From: Elusimicrobiales bacterium
Lineage (GTDB): Bacteria > Elusimicrobiota > Elusimicrobia > Elusimicrobiales > UBA9959
Length of the DNA stretch: 51,964 bases
Assembly: GCA_049972095.1 (NCBI GenBank)
Contig: JBMFKQ010000007.1
Span: 1 to 51,964 of the forward strand
Reading direction: 5' to 3'
Below the pieces are notes generated by a model. The model was not told the DNA's origin. It searched no databases and saw only the letters and a program-made list of their open reading frames with translations. Each line of letters starts with the position of its first letter. Position 1 is the stretch's first letter. Below are positions 49,201 to 51,964 of this stretch, piece by piece. A program made the position numbers and the translations under genes.

Positions 49201-51964
49201 ATGAACCGGCCTGAAGATGGACAGCTATTAGATTTAACATTTATAGTAAATGAAGCTGGTAAAACACTTAAAGATAGATTTGAGCAGCTAATAAAGGATT
49301 GTAAATTTTTTGATTGTCTGGTTGGTTATTTTAATGTAAGCGGGTTTCATGCAATATATAAACCACTACAAAAGACTGAGAGAATAAGAATCCTCATAGG
49401 AATTGGGACAACCAAAGAAACTTATAAGTTAATAAGGACTGCAAAAGATAATCCTCAATACCAACCTCAATTTTCGCATGCGGAAACAAAACAAATAATT
49501 GAAAACATTGTGGAAAATGAGATGGCTGATTCAGAAGATAGTAGAAGTATTGAAGAGGGAGTCCAAAAGTTTATTGAATGGATAAGAGAAGGGAAACTAA
49601 AAATAAGGGCCTATCCATCCGAGAATCTCCATGCAAAATTATATATTATGACATTTAAGGAAGGCGATAGAGATATAGGAAGGGTTATCACTGGTTCAAG
49701 CAATTTTACTCAAGCAGGGCTTGTGGACAACCTTGAGTTTAATGTGGAACTGAAAAATCGTGCTGATTATGAGTTTGCAAAAGAGAGATTTGAAGAATTA
49801 TGGGAAAATGCTGTTGATGTCAGCGAAAAATACATCCAAACGATCCAGGAAAAAACTTGGTTTAACCCAGGCATAACTCCTTATGAACTTTATCTTAAAT
49901 TTTTATACGAATATTTTAAGGATGAATTAAGTAGGACTGATAAGGTTTTTACAAGATATTTGCCCCAAAATTTCAAAAGATTTGAATATCAAGAGCAGGC
50001 TGTTTTAAATGCAAAGAAAATATTAGAGGAGTATGGAGGTGTTTTTATTTCAGATGTAGTTGGGCTCGGGAAAACTTATGTTGCAGTTATGCTTGCAGGG
50101 CAATTTGCAGGGCAATTTGATGAAAGAACTCTTGTTATCGCACCACCAGCACTACTTAATAGAAATAATCCAGGTTCATGGCCAAATGTCTTTTCAGATT
50201 TTCATATTGCAGCTGATTTTGTTTCTATGGGTAAACTTGATGAGGCAAAAAAGTTAACACAACAGAGAGAGTATAAAAACATTATTATAGATGAAGCACA
50301 CCGTTTCAGGACAGAAACAACTATTAGTTATGAAGATATTGCAGAAATTTGTCGTGGGAAAAGGATAATTCTGGTCTCTGCTACCCCTTATAACAACTCA
50401 CCAAGAGATATTCTTGCACAGATTAAGCTCTTCCAGAATGCAAGAAAAAGCACTATTCCAGGAGTGCCAGATCTTGAAGAATTCTTTGGAAGGCTTGAGG
50501 GGAAGTTAAAAAAAGTTAACCGCCAGAAAGATTATAATAAATTCCTTAATACATCAAGAAGTAATGCAAAAGAAATCCGCGATAAAGTTTTGAAACACAT
50601 AATGGTTAGAAGAACAAGGGCTGAAATTGAAAAATATTTTGCAGAAGATCTAAAAAGAAATAGTGTTCAATTTCCAGAAGTAGAAGACCCAAAACCTTTT
50701 TATTACCAGCTAAATGATGATGAAGATAGAATCTTTATGGAAACAGTTAGGTTGATAACGCAAGAATTTAAATATGCTCGTTATACACCATTGCTTTACT
50801 TAAAAAAAGGAATTTCAGATTTTGAAGCACAATCGCAAAGGAATATGGGTGGATTTATGAGGGTTCTTCTTGTAAAACGTCTTGAAAGCAGTTTTTATGC
50901 CTTTAGAAAAAGCATTGATAGATTTATCTATTCCTATGAGATGTTTATTAAGGAATACGAAAATGGGAATGTATATGTCAGCAAGAAATATATAAATAAG
51001 ATCTTTGAACTATTGGAACAAGGAGATGATGATGCAATTCAAAGATTAATAGATGAAGGTAAGGCAGAGAGATATGGCAGCAAGGATTTCAGATCTGATT
51101 TTGAAAAAGATTTAAATAATGACTTTGAAATTCTGAAGAAAATAAAATCAATGTGGCAATCTATAAAAAGGGATCCCAAGCTTGAAACCTTGTTATATAA
51201 TCTTAAGAACCACAGCATCTTGAAAGATAAAAAAATAATTATCTTTACAGAATCAAAGGAGACCGCAGAATATTTAACTGAAAATATAAATGAAGAGTTC
51301 GGAGAAGTAGCACTGCTCTTTCATGGTGGCTCTTCTGAAAATGTTAAAGATAAAGTAATAGAAAACTTTGATGCAAGGGTAAGGAACAAAAAAGACGATT
51401 ATAGAATCCTCATTTCAACCGAGGTTCTCTCAGAAGGTGTTAATCTTCATAGGTCAAACATTGTAATCAATTACGATATTCCATGGAATCCGACAAGGTT
51501 AATGCAAAGAGTAGGAAGGGTTAATCGTATAGACACACAATTTGATAGAATATATACATTCAATTTTTTCCCAACGAAACAATCAGATTCTGAAATTGAA
51601 CTTACCAACATTGCCCGCTCAAAAATAGAGGCATTTTTAACATTGCTTGGAGGCGACTCGGCAATATTAACAGAAGGAGAGCCAGTATCTTCTCACGAAT
51701 TATTTGACAAACTGCTATCAAAGAAGACCATTACAGAAGATGAGGAAGAAGAAAGTGAACTTAAGTATTTAAGAATTATTGAAGATATAAGAGATAAGAA
51801 TCCCGAACTTTTTGAAAGAATAAAACATCTTCCAAAAAAGGCACGTTCTGCAAAAACATTTTCTCAATATCTAAAAGATATTGCACCTAGTGATTCTTTA
51901 ATCACCTTCTTCAGAAAGGGCAAATTGATGAAATTCTTTTTATCAGATAAAAAATCCACAATAG
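49201..51964 (+). CDS. PLD-nuclease-domain / SNF2-like helicase fusion (partial, runs off the window end)
   Basis: Translated by hand from ATG 49201: LVGYF, NLHAKLYI...ITGSSNFT (PLD), SDVVGLGKT, IIDEAHRFR, SATPYNN, STEVLSEGVNL, NYDIPWNPTRLMQRVGRVNR; no stop before 51964. Confidence 0.92.
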   Translation, partial: MNRPEDGQLLDLTFIVNEAGKTLKDRFEQLIKDCKFFDCLVGYFNVSGFHAIYKPLQKTERIRILIGIGTTKETYKLIRTAKDNPQYQPQFSHAETKQIIENIVENEMADSEDSRSIEEGVQKFIEWIREGKLKIRAYPSENLHAKLYIMTFKEGDRDIGRVITGSSNFTQAGLVDNLEFNVELKNRADYEFAKERFEELWENAVDVSEKYIQTIQEKTWFNPGITPYELYLKFLYEYFKDELSRTDKVFTRYLPQNFKRFEYQEQAVLNAKKILEEYGGVFISDVVGLGKTYVAVMLAGQFAGQFDERTLVIAPPALLNRNNPGSWPNVFSDFHIAADFVSMGKLDEAKKLTQQREYKNIIIDEAHRFRTETTISYEDIAEICRGKRIILVSATPYNNSPRDILAQIKLFQNARKSTIPGVPDLEEFFGRLEGKLKKVNRQKDYNKFLNTSRSNAKEIRDKVLKHIMVRRTRAEIEKYFAEDLKRNSVQFPEVEDPKPFYYQLNDDEDRIFMETVRLITQEFKYARYTPLLYLKKGISDFEAQSQRNMGGFMRVLLVKRLESSFYAFRKSIDRFIYSYEMFIKEYENGNVYVSKKYINKIFELLEQGDDDAIQRLIDEGKAERYGSKDFRSDFEKDLNNDFEILKKIKSMWQSIKRDPKLETLLYNLKNHSILKDKKIIIFTESKETAEYLTENINEEFGEVALLFHGGSSENVKDKVIENFDARVRNKKDDYRILISTEVLSEGVNLHRSNIVINYDIPWNPTRLMQRVGRVNRIDTQFDRIYTFNFFPTKQSDSEIELTNIARSKIEAFLTLLGGDSAILTEGEPVSSHELFDKLLSKKTITEDEEEESELKYLRIIEDIRDKNPELFERIKHLPKKARSAKTFSQYLKDIAPSDSLITFFRKGKLMKFFLSDKKSTI

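Noticed and set aside
50060..50257. 65-aa ORF in the track
   Set aside because: Out-of-frame overlap inside the PLD-helicase gene

Overview
AT-rich chromosome segment from an anaerobic diderm bacterium. The PorV-like barrel, PilE-like pilin, CsgG/FlgO-barrel fusion and FlgD-Ig/T9SS-like sorting domain suggest Elusimicrobiota, but this is an inference and not proven. Left part: clpB, a CsgG-type outer-membrane protein, a maltodextrin-type ABC importer, ferredoxin, a CDF exporter, AmpG, an AEC permease and a heterodimeric ABC exporter. Middle part: a four-subunit VOR-type 2-oxoacid:ferredoxin oxidoreductase, then a lysine-fermentation cluster (CoA-transferase A/B, kce, kdd, kamA, kamB, kamC, kamD, kamE). 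The cluster lacks kal and is followed by a class-III aminotransferase resembling 3-aminobutyryl-CoA aminotransferase (Kat) and a thiolase. Next come tRNA-Pro(TGG) directly upstream of a type IV pilin and a divergent pantothenate/CoA operon (panG-like, panB, panC, split coaC/coaB, coaX, panD), whose short leader folds into a hairpin with two bulged adenosines (pan-motif-like). Right part: a four-gene envelope locus (FecR-domain protein, OM barrel, 2424-aa protein with a T9SS-like C-terminal domain, PorV/PorQ-like barrel). The window ends in an unterminated PLD-SNF2 helicase gene, absent from the ORF track, which may start a defence island. No CRISPR array, rRNA or intact IS was seen. All family calls come from motif recognition by eye; no searches were run.
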